Part shown: positions 1 to 13,044 of the stretch, one piece after another
How positions within the stretch are numbered: position 1 is the first letter of the stretch
How the letters are laid out: each line of letters starts with the position of its first letter
NCBI GenBank assembly: GCA_043228905.1
Contig: JBHGNT010000020.1
Coordinates: 10,664,001 to 10,728,000 of the forward strand
DNA: 64,000 nt
Direction: 5' to 3'
Source of the DNA: Azolla caroliniana
Taxonomy: Eukaryota; Plantae; Polypodiophyta
Program-made: the position numbers and the translations under genes
The notes under the pieces: generated by a model
What the model was told of the DNA's origin: nothing
Databases searched by the model: none
Seen by the model: the letters and a program-made list of their open reading frames with translations, nothing else

Positions 1-1
1 A

Positions 2-3000
2 CCTCTTTACATTGCACTTCCAATTTGTTTTCTAATCATTGCGATTATGACCCTCACCTGGTTTCTGTTGCGGAAAAGATATGAGTACCATCATAGGCAT
101 CCATTTGCACACCAATCACTGAGTAAAAATGTTTTCCCAGATTTTCAGGTAATTTTATGCCATTCCGAGGTTCCAAGTTACGCTGTTTGATTATGTGAAT
201 ACTGTCATCTGCTCCAGATCACGAAGTGTATAATATTTATTCTTTACAGGTACTATATCACAAACGGGCAGTTTATGAAGAGAGAGTATTCAAACTTGAG
301 CTTTCATTGAAAAATAATCCAGATTCTGAAGACATTCAGGAGCAACTTAAAAAAGCTCTTGAAGACCTTTACACCAACGAATGGTTTCTCTCACAATTCT
401 CTTCACATATTGGTAGCTCACAGGATAGAGAACCTCTTCTGCAGTTAGGCAATTCGGCTTATTCAAACATTGGGAATACTTTTATGAATGCTTGTGGTGG
501 CGTCAGTCAGACTATGGGTACGAATGTATTTGAAAATTCAGCCTCCAATTACGCCATAGTTGAAGATGGAAGAAATCCATTGAAATCAAGTTCTACTTTG
601 AATAAGTCCTTTTCTAGCTTATTATCTTTGAGAAAAGCATCTGCTAATCCCTTGTTCAGGGGGTCACGGTCTTCTGGTTACATGGGTTTACCAAAGTTGA
701 GCAATACTGAAGCTCTCCAACAAGATATGTTTTCTCGTGGAGGTACATCTAATGCATCACCAGAGATCAGTCCAGATGATCAAGAATATGGAATTGTGTG
801 GGTACAGGATATGATGACAGATACAGATGACATTTTGTTTGAGGAGTGTTTAGCAGATGAGATTAATTCTGAAATGTTAAATGGAGGTATGTGTGAAGAG
901 CATCCTTGTTCAGATGAACTTCATTGTTACCAGCTGGATGATGATGTGCAAAATTCACATGGACATGACCCTGAATCTGAAGAAATCCATGAAAAAGATT
1001 TAAAGAAATCCATTGACATCAACATGCCCAATTCCAAAAAGTATTCTCACTCACAAGCAGATGCTTACATTGATGATAGAAATATGCTTGATTCAAGTTC
1101 TAAGCATGAGATATCTGAATTCGTGGACCCCGTTGCATCAGTTTCTTATTCAGATGCCAACACTTTTGGTTATGGTCATACTGAACCAAAAGAGGAAAAC
1201 GACATGAAAAGGGTCTCCCGAGCTGATATACAAAGTAGCAACACAAGTTCTTTTACAACTTCTTTTCCACCTATATTAGATTTCTTCAATGGTCCTGACC
1301 ATTTATCATGTTGTCTGTAGGTATACATGATAAAGAAAATAATAGTTCTGTTGAAGAGCAAGAGAACATGGGTATTATTAATGAAGAAGGTTATGAACTG
1401 ATGATTTTTCATTCATGAAAATTCTCTATGTTTAATTACCTCATTGCTGATATATTTATGAATTATTTTGCAGATTCTATTAAGCAATCTGATGTTTCAC
1501 ACAAACCGCTCTCAACAGATCCTGGAAGCATTAGAAATGGAGTTCGTATTTACTCATCTTACGTCGCAGGTATGTTGAAAGATCAAGAAGCAGAACATAA
1601 AGATTATTGTAACCAGAAACAGAGCATCCATGAGCAGACTTCAGCATATGAAAGTGATAGAATGCTGTCAAAATTTCCTGATAAAAATGACGTAGAGAGA
1701 GAATATGATATACAAGTGGATTCCAATCTGAAGGGCCAAGCTGACAAACAAAGGCAGAGCCAGATTAAAGGAAGAGTAGAGGCACAAGCTGACAGTGAAC
1801 AAAGGCAGACTATCATTAATGAAAGAATGGATGCTCGAGCTGACAATGAACAACAGAAGAGGGTTGAAAGGATTAAGTCTCAAACTGAGAATAAACAAAG
1901 GAAGAGCATTGTTAATGAAAGAATGAAATCTCAAACTGAAAATAAACAAAGGGAAAGTCTCATCAAAGAAAGAATGAAGGTTCAAGCTGACAATGAAAAA
2001 AGGCAGAGCCTGGTTGGAGACCAGGGACTTGAAGGAGATGATTCTACCGGGTTTAGAAACAATTCTGTGGTTGATAATCCAAGATTGAGTTCTTGGCAGA
2101 CCATGGACCAAGATCTCGCAGGAGACGATTCTACTACATTTAGAAATGAACTGATAGATTACAATTTAAGATTTTCTTCAAGATATTCTGGTACAGGTGC
2201 AGATGAGAGAGCCACTGCCTCTAGTTTTGATTCTACACCACACATTATTCATGACAGGAAAAGCATTATCACCAAGGATTCAGAATCACAATCAAATTCT
2301 TCAACAGATGCATCAAGTAACTCCGGATCCATTTATTATCGATCCTCTTCTCCCGAGATTGGTCAGTATCACCAAGATATGGTATCAACATCTATTAATG
2401 CAGATGATTCTAAGTACAGCAATAGTCGGGGATCCATGTATTATAGATCTGATGTTGTACAGCAACAGGATGTGGTAACACCACCTAGGCCTTCTCGAGC
2501 TGACTTTATTGATGGAGATGACAGTAAATACCGTGCATCCACTTACTATAGATCTTCTCCCGACATTGTTCTGCCTCGGCAAGATCTGGTGTCAATGTAT
2601 AACCCTTCGAGGTCTAGTTTTAGAGATGCAGATGATGATAAACACACGAATCTTAAGGGGTCCATGTATATCAGTTCTGCTGCTCCTGAAAATGTACAAT
2701 TTCAGCAAGACGTGCTATTATCAAGATCTAGGCCATCCAGAGCTAGTTTTAATAATGCAGATGATGATAACTGCAACAATCGTCCTGGATCCATGTATTA
2801 TCGATCAACTTCTCCCGAAATTTTTCAACCTCAGCAAAATGTACTATCAACTTCGAGGGCTTCGAGATCTAGTTTGAATCCCGAGATTGCTCAGCCTCAG
2901 CAAAATTTGGCATCAACATCTAGAACTTCAAGAGCTGAGTCTATTAATGCAGATGATAACTACACCAATCGTCTGGGCTCCATGTATCATAGTTCTAGCT

Positions 3001-3650
3001 CTCCTAATGCTGTAGAGTTTCAGCAAGATGTGGTATCAACATCTATGCTTTCCAGAGTTGACACTAACGACACAGATGATACTAAATACAGAAATCGTCT
3101 GGGATCAATGTATCATACATCCACTATGGTTCAGCCTCAGCAAGATTTTGAATTAACAGCTCGTCCTTCCAGAGCTAATTTTAGTGTCGCAGATGATGAT
3201 AAATACATTAATCGTCCGGGATCCATGGATTATCAATCAGCTTCTCCCAACATCGTTCTAGCTCAGAAAGATGTGTTATCAACATCTAGGCCTTCGCAAT
3301 CTAGTTTTAGTTCCGAGATTGTTCAACCTCGGCAAGATATAGCATTAGCATCAAGACCTTCAAGGGCTCATTCTATTAATTTGGAGGATAATAATTACAG
3401 ATATCGTCTGGGATCCATGTATTATAGCTCTGCTTCTCCAGAGGCTGTAGAGTCTCAACAAGATGTGTTATCAGCACCCAGGCTTAGCAAAGTTAATTCT
3501 ACCAATTCAGATGATACTAAATACAGTAATCGTTTGGGATCTACATATTATACATTTGCCATGGCTCAGCCTCAGCCTCAGCAAGATGTTGAATTACGAT
3601 CTAGGCCTTCCAGAGGTAATTTTAGTGCTGCAGAAGATGATGAACGGTAA
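2..3650 (+). CDS. 5'-truncated unknown membrane protein with a long repeat-rich tail; exons <2-148, 250-1234, 1321-1389, 1474-3650
   Basis: Frame 2 of 2-148 reads PLYIALPICFLIIAIMTLTWFLLRKRY (hydrophobic helix then basic residues). CAG|GT at 148/149 joins in phase 0 to AG|250 in ORF 226-1320. Phase-1 junctions 1234/1321 (weak donor A|GTAGCA) and 1389/1474 link to ORF 1428-3650. A possible extra exon is 4103-4184 via CG|GTAAGG at 3646/3647. No family recognised. Confidence 0.75.
1735..2015 (+). repeat. Coding tandem repeat, about 6 copies of a 15-17 aa unit (Q[AT][DE]N[KE]QR.S.I.ERM..)
   Basis: Visible in the translation of ORF 1428-3650. Confidence 0.85.
2323..3647 (+). repeat. Coding tandem repeat, 10 units of about 35-64 aa (GSMYY.S.SP...QQDV..SRPSR.....DDD.Y.NR), with a 432-bp higher-order duplication
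   Basis: GGATCCATG-like unit starts recur. Units 5-7 match units 8-10 (e.g. 2791 vs 3223). Confidence 0.9.
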
Positions 3651-4147
3651 GGACGACATATAACCCATTCATGATGAGCTTGTACCATTCCTTCTTGGAG
3701 AAGGATTTAAACACTGATGAGTATTTGTATGTCATTTTACTCCCCAACCATATTGTTTCTTTCATACCTCGTTTGAGATTCTATATAGCATTGGTCTGAA
3801 TCTCTGCGACATCAGAAACAGAGGATGTGCACACCAGTATATTGTTGGCCATGTTAAACATGGTGCAGTAGTGCATTGGCTCTCTTTGTTGGAATATAAT
3901 GTCTGCCTAATTGAGGCTCGTTGATACATGCAATACATCCAGAAAATCTATGAAGGCAGAATGATTCTATGAATGGAGTGTGCTGGGTATGTGGTGGATT
4001 ATATGTAATACATTTTTTGTTTCTTTATAGAAATGTTCCTTGTATTTGTTGGCATTTTAACAGTTTAGTTCATTTTGTTTCATTGCTCTCTTGTATATGC
4101 AGGCCAGGCATTGATCTGGAAACTTGTTACCAAGTATGTGTGCACTC

Positions 4148-4555
4148 CCATTTGTATAGTGATGGATGTAGAAGGCATGACTAATTAGGATGAATCATGA
4201 TGTTGACAGATCATCTACATGACCTTTTTCTTTTATCTTGAATTAAGCTTCTCTATTGAATTTGTACAATATGGGTATGTGAGTGAATTCATGTTGTATG
4301 TCTGGGCCATGGAAAGCAGAAAGATTGTTGTCTGAGTAGGCCATTAATGGGCCATTTGTATAGTGATGGATGTAGAAGGCATGACTAATTAGGATGAATC
4401 ATGATGTTGACAGATCATCTACATGACATTTTTCTTTTATCTTGAATTAAGCTTCTCTATTGAATTTGTACAATATGGGTATGTGAGTGGATTCATGTCG
4501 TATGTCTGGGCCATGGAAAGCAGAAAGATTGTGGTCTGAGTAGGCCATTAATGGG
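4148..4555. repeat. Near-identical 204-bp tandem duplication (4148-4351, 4352-4555)
   Basis: Direct comparison shows only a few substitutions. Confidence 0.95.
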
Positions 4556-6019
4556 TATTGAAGAAACTTGTTTAAATCTATTTACAAAAGTTAGGTTTAT
4601 ATCTATTTACAAAGGTGAGGTGCCTATCTCGTTGCAACTGATATATTTCCTATTGCAAAAGACATGAATGAATTCTCTAAAAATTCTCGTGTTTTAATAA
4701 ATATAATGCATATTACTCTATTTTCAAAAAGTTATCTGGTTTCCAATTGTAACTTGTCTGAGTGCTATTAAATGATGCTATTGAAAATGGTAGGCATATA
4801 TTGTCAACAGAGATCTTGGCTAGAGAGAATCTCTTAGGAGCGTTAAATAGTTTGAGTTTGACAAAGCTAGGTTGAGGTGCTTCATTCTCTATTTCATGTT
4901 TAACTTTAGGTTATTAAAATGTGTTTCAATACAGTTAAATCAATGTGCTGAAATTTGTATATATACAATATGGGAGGATCATCCTCTTCAATTATATTTC
5001 TTTTAGCAAATAAACACTTCAAACAATGATTTAGAAAGAAAAGCCCCACTGTTTTTGTGTATTTGAAGGAAAGGAAATGTATTATCATAGAGAAATATTT
5101 CATTTATTGACTTTCACTGCTTAATGAGCATTAATCAAGGCTTCCTTTCCTTTTTTAGAACACAAGTTTATGAAGAGCATGAAGGGGGTCAATAATATTA
5201 TTAAGATGCAATATAGTTTTACATAACAATGATGCTATATTCATCTTGTAAATAAACACAGCCCTAGTGATAGAAGTATTAAGTTCAACTCTAAATATTT
5301 AAATTTACACAATAATGAGGCTATATTCATCTTGTAACCAAATACAATCAGTATCAAGCGCCACATATAAATCTTTTAAATTTGACATCTCATATGTATG
5401 TATGAAGTATTGTTAATATTTCCATGTGATGAATGTAATTTAGCATTTAAAGGATATTTTATATATATATATATATATTACATTGTTTAGATGAGGCCAA
5501 AACCAACATTGGCTAATGATTTACCTTATACGATAGGTGTAGAGTTTGATCCTTTGCAATGCGGCACAAATTAAAGACTATTTATTCATTTTTCTTGTTT
5601 GAAGAAAAACTAGGAATATTTGCATTTAATGCAAATGAGCCACGTCTCACCCTATAAGAGGGGAAGAGGGCTCATTTTGGGCTCTCAATTTTTGTGTTCT
5701 TTGATTTTGGTTTGGAGGCTTCTTCAAGTTTTGCTTTTGGGTGGTCTTCGATTTTCAACTTATTTAGTGGTTAACTTTTAGTTGCCACCATTGGAATCAA
5801 TCTTCTGAAACTTTGTACACTATCTTGTAAAGGGATTTTTCTTGCTTAATCTAATGTTTCGACCTAGAAAAGAGGCTTCTTCTATCTTAATATTGTGGAA
5901 ACCCTTCTTAATCTCGTGTTCGCCATATTAATCACATGTTTTGACCCTAATATCGTAAGTTAAATATTGATGACAAAGTCTTCGTTTGCTATAATCAAGT
6001 TGCTTGTGTTCGAGCCCTA

Positions 6020-6250
6020 AGGCTTCTGCTCCCTTTGACTCCTTGGAGCGTTCAACTCGTCGCACACTTCGATTGTAGCAAGCGTTCAACTCAAGGAGCT
6101 TTTGACTCTCGAGAGCCTTCGAGTCCCACGTGCTTTCAACTCTAGGAGCTTCCGACTCTCAACTGCCTTTAAGTCTCATGAGCTTTCGACTCCTACAAGC
6201 CTTCAAGTCCTGTAGCCTTTCAACTCCTAGGAGCTTTCGACTTTCTACAT
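6020..6250. repeat. Degenerate short repeat cluster (GAGCTTTCGACTC-like), probably TE-derived
   Basis: Recurring gagctttcgactc / gagccttc / ttcaactc motifs. Confidence 0.5.
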
Positions 6251-6624
6251 GCTCAGTGTGTATTTGCAACCAATTAATAAAGAGGCTTGGTCATAGACAA
6301 TGTAGAGCACACAATTTGATAATCCCATGTGGTCTATATCATCATATCATTATCCACAAAAAGTAGCAACCAAAATTAAACCAGCTCTGTCTAGCCTCAA
6401 TCACACCTAACTTGGTTCTGTCCAACCTCTCTCATGTCTATCCCAACCCAATGTTGCTAACTCGACTACCCAATTCTAACCTTGTTGAAATGTTTGAAGA
6501 GACCAAAAACTTGCAAAACTTCAAAGATCACCAAAAAGTTTCTACAGCTTTACAAATTTCAATCACCAAAAATTTCAGAGATCACTCATATCCTGCAAAA
6601 CCAAAAACATCAAAGATCAGGAGA

Positions 6625-6970
6625 TGTAGAGATTTTGACACAGGATACAAGATTATGGCAAACAGGAATTATGGAATAACTTGGAAAGCAATAAGAAATT
6701 TGATTAACAAAAAACATGCCAATAAATACAACAACTAAGAGTGATGTATAAAAGATGCAAGGATGCAGAGAGCACACCCAACAGGTTCCCCAACTTCCTC
6801 TTTATATAGCAGAGGAAGTGGAGGGAAAAATGAGGTAAGCTTTTTGAAATACAACTAATATGAAAAACTGTTTTCTTTTCCTAATAATAACTTGGGGTGT
6901 GGGGTTATATTTAGTAATCAACTAAGTAGTTGCTCACTGGCAGCTAATTAGTTAATTATAACTTCTAATA
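6625..6970 (-). repeat. 3' LTR of Copia element A
   Basis: Near-identical to 15321-15666 and adjacent to the PPT. Confidence 0.95.
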
Positions 6971-7721
6971 GCCCCCCTTAACACCAACACCACACTTGAG
7001 GCCAATGTTTTGACAACATGACCAGTGTTTGAGAGAAGGGTCTGGTTTTGTCAAAAAATCAGCCCACATGGTAAGAGTGGGAGTATAACCAATCTGCAAG
7101 ACACCATCTTCAAATAATTCACACAAGAAATGATATTGAGCCCGAATATGCTTATTTTGATCTGTGATTTTAGGATTCTGTGAAATCTTTATGCATGATT
7201 GGTTATCACACCAAAGTCGAAATTTGGTTATGTGGATGATGTCGAGTTCCGAAAAAATTGATTGTAGCCAAAGTCCCTCCTTGGCCACCAAAGTAGCCAC
7301 AATATATTCTGCTTCGGTGAAGGATAGTGGCACGATAGCTTGTTTCTTGGTTCTCCATGTAATAGCACCACCAACAAAAGTGAAAACAAACCCAAATGTG
7401 GAACGACATGTGTCCCTGTCACCTCCCCAATCCACATCTGTCCATCCTTGAAGAACCACCATATCTCGTTTCGAGGAAGGAGATAAGGCTTTATAGGTTA
7501 GTGTCATATATCTTGAATATTTCAAGTAGCGGAGGAAACCTTTCAAAGCTTCCAAATGACAAGGTCTAGGGTTCTCCATAAACCTAGATAAGAATCCTGT
7601 AGAATAGGATAGGTCTGGCCGAGTGCAGCTCACCAAGTATCTTAAACTCCCTAGAATATGGCAGTAGGGTATACTTTGCATGAAGGAATCTTCTTCATTC
7701 ATAGAGGGAGAGTCAGAGGTG

Positions 7722-8114
7722 TGTTGATGCACTATACAAGAATCACACATGGACAGTTGTCCAAAAGCCACCTAACTCAAATGTGGTAAGTTGTACGTGT
7801 CGAATACGAATGTATAATGGCCGTATTCACACTGTCCCTTTGGACAACCCAAGTTTGGGCTATTTCTGTAAATAGCATAAAGGGCAGTTGCCCTAAGATA
7901 GTCACTATATAAAGTGACTTTGTAACCTTTAGTTAAGGTTATTGGTTGTCATTTTTAACTGTTGCTATTAAGAAATAAAACGTTTCTTTGTGCCTATCTC
8001 TCTCTCTCTCTCTCTGTGCATCTTGTTCATTCTCATACGCAGGTTCTTCACCATAACAGACGTTGTTTGTTCTTCCGCACTGATGACCTTGTCCCCAACA
8101 TTTGGTATCAGAGC
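7722..8114 (+). mobile_element. Nested 5' LTR (7722-8100) plus tRNA-Met PBS of a second LTR element (B); no partner LTR in window
   Basis: TGTTG...CAACA termini followed by TGGTATCAGAGC (8103-8114). It interrupts the RT coding sequence of element A. Confidence 0.8.
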
Positions 8115-11100
8115 GTTGGAGGTTCTTCAACCCGCCGCCGACCTTCATCGTACACAACAACATTCTGTTTTCTATAACTTCTTGAAGAACAGAGAAGAGA
8201 GAAGACAAACAAGAAGTTTGCATCTCACTGTGTTAAATCACTAAGTGGAGTAAATTGGAAAGGCAAATACTAGGAGGGAGCTATATTTTTGGCTCTTTTT
8301 TTTGTTCTCCCTTTCTAGTATTTTCTTTAGAGTTTTGTTATTTGTTTTATTCTATGTAAGTGTTTTATTTATTCATGGCTATTAAAAATAAAGCTATCTA
8401 CCTCTTTTTGCTCTTCACTTAAGTTTTCTTTAACTAAGGCCTTCTCTTTGTCTAGAAGTATTTAAACTTTACTTGTAAATTTAAATTAGTTGTTTGTTCA
8501 AATAGGTGTGGAAAGAATTTATTTCTTTTTTGCCTAAGCTTATGAAGCTTTGGCATGAGTGTCCCTAGATCCACTCTCTCATAAGTTTCATTCTTCTTAT
8601 CAAAGTTTTCTTGTATTAAATCTAAAAGTTCTTTACGCGCACTATCATTCTTTAGAGCGAGCATGTCATAATATGTAAAAAAAAAATTTATTCTTTTTAG
8701 TTAAAATTAATGTTTTATACGTTTGTGAAAAAAAATAATTATACAACTTATTTGCTAGTGTCTTTGTAAGAGTATTAATGTTTTGTTGTAATTGATAAAG
8801 TAAAGATATTACACAATAATTGGCTCGTACTTATATTTTCGTACATAGTACGTGCCTTTTCTTTAACCTCCAAAATTTTTAATAGTTAATTTATGTTCTT
8901 TTATCTCACTATCTTGTTTTTCATTACTTAATTTCTGTATTTCTATCTTTGCCTCTAAACGTATTATCTTTTGCACATATTCTTCTTTGTTTTTTTTAAA
9001 CTTTTGATCATATTCTTCTTTGTTCTTTTCAATGATACCCTTTTACACGTTTAACTAAGTCATTTAATACTTTCGATGGTGAAGATTTAACAAAAAAGGT
9101 TTTGTTTTCACCTGGTGAATCTTTCAACTCCTTTCTCGTCAATGGTCTTGACTTTATATGATAAACCCTACTGTTATTTGTCTTTCTTAGTTCCCAGATA
9201 TTGTCGTGGCTTGTTAGGTCGTCCATTGTTCTTTGTAGACATCATTTACATGGGTAGACAACATTGCAAAACTTGAGCACAGGTTGTTCATTGTTCATCC
9301 TTGAAAAGCAACATAGGCTCTATTTTTGCTACATGTAAATAATATTGTATCTATAGCTCAATGTTATGTCATGGAAACTAAATTGTGATTGAAGATATAA
9401 CTGATCTAGGACTTTCCTTATGGGTCATACTTCCTTAGAAGTTTACAATTCCAATCCTATAAAGAGATTTGTGCCATTCTGTTTTATTAGCATGGATCAA
9501 AGTCCCCTTGGATGCATTTGTAACATATCAGTTATGCTATACAACTCGTCTAAAAGTCTTCAACTAGCATTTTCTATCAAAGGGTCACTCAATCATAATA
9601 AAACATCAAACATTGCCAGGCAATATTGAAGAATCGAAGCACAAGTTGATGTTTGGCTTGTCATTATAATTGATAGTATTGGTTTTTACACCATCCCATC
9701 ATCCTCGCCTATTTGCTTGAATTGAACCTTCAAGGAAACACACACTTCTAAAAAAAATCTCCACCATAACTCTCCGAGCAAAGTGACACACTGATATACG
9801 CACACAACAACTTTAGCAAGGTGAAAGAATGTAAACACATAATGAATCAAAAGCATGAAATAGAATTGATGTAAGTTTGTTACTAACCTTGACTTTAAGG
9901 TGATGTGGTCCAACTTCCTGGCATGCATAATTTATCCTTCGCCTTTAAATTTTCACATGTAATTCTTCTAGTAAAAAACCTCACATTAATATCATAAGGA
10001 TGGATTTTTTTAAAGTTACTGGTTCCGTTTCATGAAATTTCTTGTCTTTGCATCAAAAGAAAATTATGTATTTTCCATTAGTGTTGCAGTGAAGGTATGG
10101 GCAGCAATAATGGTTGCTGCATTGGTTGAAGAAATTGTGGTTGAAATGAGGCAACCTCTGTTTGCGTCCTTTCTGATCTATTTGCAGAAGGATATGAAAA
10201 AAAAACTTCTTGTAGTATAATTCTCAGTATTCAGCACAATCAAATAATCATTGAATCATATGATATAACGCAAAGAGCAAGTAATATATTTGCAATCCAC
10301 GACGTAGGCTTCAGCAAAAGCTATATGTTTTTCTTTTTTTCGTTTCTAAAGAAGAGAAGCTTTGTAGGGAAGGGTAGCAGCTATGGAAAAAATATCCATT
10401 GTATTGTCAAACCGAAAATATAATGCATAGATTGCAACACAATTGCATCATTGGCAGCACAAGTATGCGAGAAGCCATGGCTAATGGCTATGGCATCTGT
10501 CCATCCATGTGCTATAGTCACTCTCGATGCTTCTTTGTAGACAGACATAGCCATGGAGATCTCATGGGTAGAAATCATACTTCTACAAGGAACTCTCATT
10601 CCTTGATGAAGAAGCTCCTTGAAGATTAAGTAGATCACGATGGGTGGATAGTGCTGCCGATCATTGATCCTTTCTCCTCCTCTTCTGCTTGCTAATCGCA
10701 AACATTGTAGATATGGAATGGTCATTATTGCCATTATGCATTTCGCGTTTGTAATTCGTTTCTCATAGTGAGTGAATATTTTCAGATGTAATGGAAAGGG
10801 ATGTGGTGCAAGGAATGCGGTGATGAGGCAGTTTCAGCGCAAGTTTCCAATTTGATGATGCTCGTAGGCCTCGGGTACAACTTCAAGTCTTATGAAGATC
10901 ATCTCCAACTACAACTTTAGGAAGACTCTAAACCCTAAACCTTAGGAAGAGCTTTGGACATCCTAGGACCAGAGAAGAAAGTGGATGTATTTTCTGTCAT
11001 TTTCCTACGACAGAGACATCTAACCGGTGATGGAGTCAGGCAAGAGTGCAAACGACATGCGAACGACTGACTGACGCAGAAGAAAAGAAAGAAATCAGGA

Positions 11101-11599
11101 AGACGATGTGGTGTAAGAAGGAGAAGAATGAGAAAGAAGAGGATGAGGAGAACGGCCATTATGATAGGAAAAGCAAAAGACATGATGAAAGACGAGTGGA
11201 TGAAAGGCGCCATCGCCGTCATAGAAGAAGGTACATCGTCTCTCAATCTCTGCCTACATCGTCCAAACAGATAGAAGAAGGAGAGGGAAGGTCGTGTTTC
11301 CACCCCAAACCACCAAAAGAAGAGAAAAACAGGCACAGACAGACAGAAGAGGAAGAAAGTGACGACGAAGAAGAGCAAAGAAGAAGAAGAAGAAGAAGAT
11401 AGAAACTACGTAGAGAAGAAAGTGACTAAAAAGTGAAAAAGAAGAGATGATTGAGAAAAAGAAGAATATACAGGCCGCAAGGAGAGAGGGACAAAGAAAG
11501 AAAGAACTAAAGAAACCTAAAAAGGGAGGGAACTTATCACCACTCACACCAATGTAGAAAAATATATATATATATACACATACACCCACAATCATTTTT

Positions 11600-13044
11600 A
11601 AACCCTGAACAACTTTACCATAGTGGATGAGCTGATTAGTGTGTGATCTAATCGTGCGATATGTTGTTCGCCTTGTGCTTCATCAACCTTCTGTATCATC
11701 TCCGGTCTTCCCGGTATCGGATCCTTCCGATCTTTCTGCGTAGTGCGAGCTTTGTCGGTTCCCTTCTCCGGCCTTGCCGGATCTAGATTCCAAATTAGCA
11801 TGCTTCTTCCAGCACTTGCTCTCTCTATGGCCTTTCTTGCCACAGTACCAACATTCTGTGCTGGTTTCCGGCTCCGACTTGACTCCCCCTACTTGTGGAG
11901 GTTCGGAACTTTTGCCGGCACCATCTTTGTGCCTTCGGTTCTACTCTTGCCAGCCACCTCCATTGCATGCCTTCGGTTCTACTCGTTGTGCTGGACCATC
12001 TCGTCTTCTTCCACCGTTACGTTGATGGGTCCGAGTGCATCGTAGATTTCCTTAATCATGGTGGTGTAGTCCGTAACCAACATATCTCTCTGTCGGATGT
12101 TGTTCAACTCTTGCCGGAGCTGCAAATTACGGGTTATGGTACTTGTGGCGAAAATCTTCCGTAGATTTTCCCAGGCCTCCTTTGGCGTTTTTGCATCCTT
12201 GATGTAGCTGAGCATCTGATCGTGTACACCGGACACGAAGTAGTAAAATACTCGGCTCACTCCTTGCTCCCATGTCGAAAAGTCTTTGTGTGCTGGCTCC
12301 GGTGCTACCTCGTTAGTTCCTTCCACATAGCTCCAATATCCATGCCCCAACAAGTACTTGCGCATTTAATATGACCAAGATGCATAGTTGCTCCAGTCGA
12401 GCTTTTTTGTGGGAAGCGAACTTGCTATACCTCTGTCCATTTCGGTTCTCTATTGTTCTTCACCGAATATGACCAAGATGCATAGTTGCTCCAGTCGAGC
12501 TTTTTTGTGGGAAGCGAACTTGCTATACCTCTGTCCATTTCGGTTCTCTATTGTTCTTCACCGGGTGTTAGGGTTTGTCTTTGAAAGCGTTTGTCGGTTG
12601 CAGAGGAGTCTCAACCCTCGCGCTCTAATACCATGTAAAAGTTAGCCTGCAAAAGCTTGACAAAACCGGTCTAGCCAGGTAGCAGCACAAAATAAAAAAC
12701 ACAGGTTCAATGGAAGCTTGAGAGTATTTAACATACACGAGAGAGATAGGGAGACAAAGAGAGCAGAACATAAACTCTATTAAAAAAATAACACTTTGTA
12801 TCACTCTATACATACAACGTGCTAAATAACACTATTTATACACGTTCTCAAAAGGACTGACAAAAGTACTATGTACTTCCATGCTCATACAATCGACTGA
12901 CACTAACTACGAGGACTCTGACTACCTAGTAGTTTAGGAGTATAGGCTACTACTAACCTTCTGGTTCACATTTGAATCCATTTCTCCGATCCGGCTCTGG
13001 TTTGTTCAGCTGATCCGGATATTGTTGAGCTTTCTCGCTCAACA
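11600..13044 (-). mobile_element. Nested truncated Copia (element C): LTR about 13044-12634, PBS, gag fragment
   Basis: PBS TGGTATTAGAGC at 12633-12622. Gag reads KLDWSNYASWSY..MRKYLLGHGYWSYVEG...KEAWENLRKIF (12365-11979). The outer LTR boundary is uncertain. Confidence 0.85.
12368..12563. repeat. 98-bp tandem duplication covering the gag start of element C
   Basis: 12368-12465 matches 12466-12563. Confidence 0.95.

Noticed and set aside
2-148. HAP2/GCS1 identity for gene 1 (TM followed by His/basic stretch)
   Set aside because: Only a short HHRH supports it. The ectodomain is outside the window and the tail does not resemble HAP2 as I know it.
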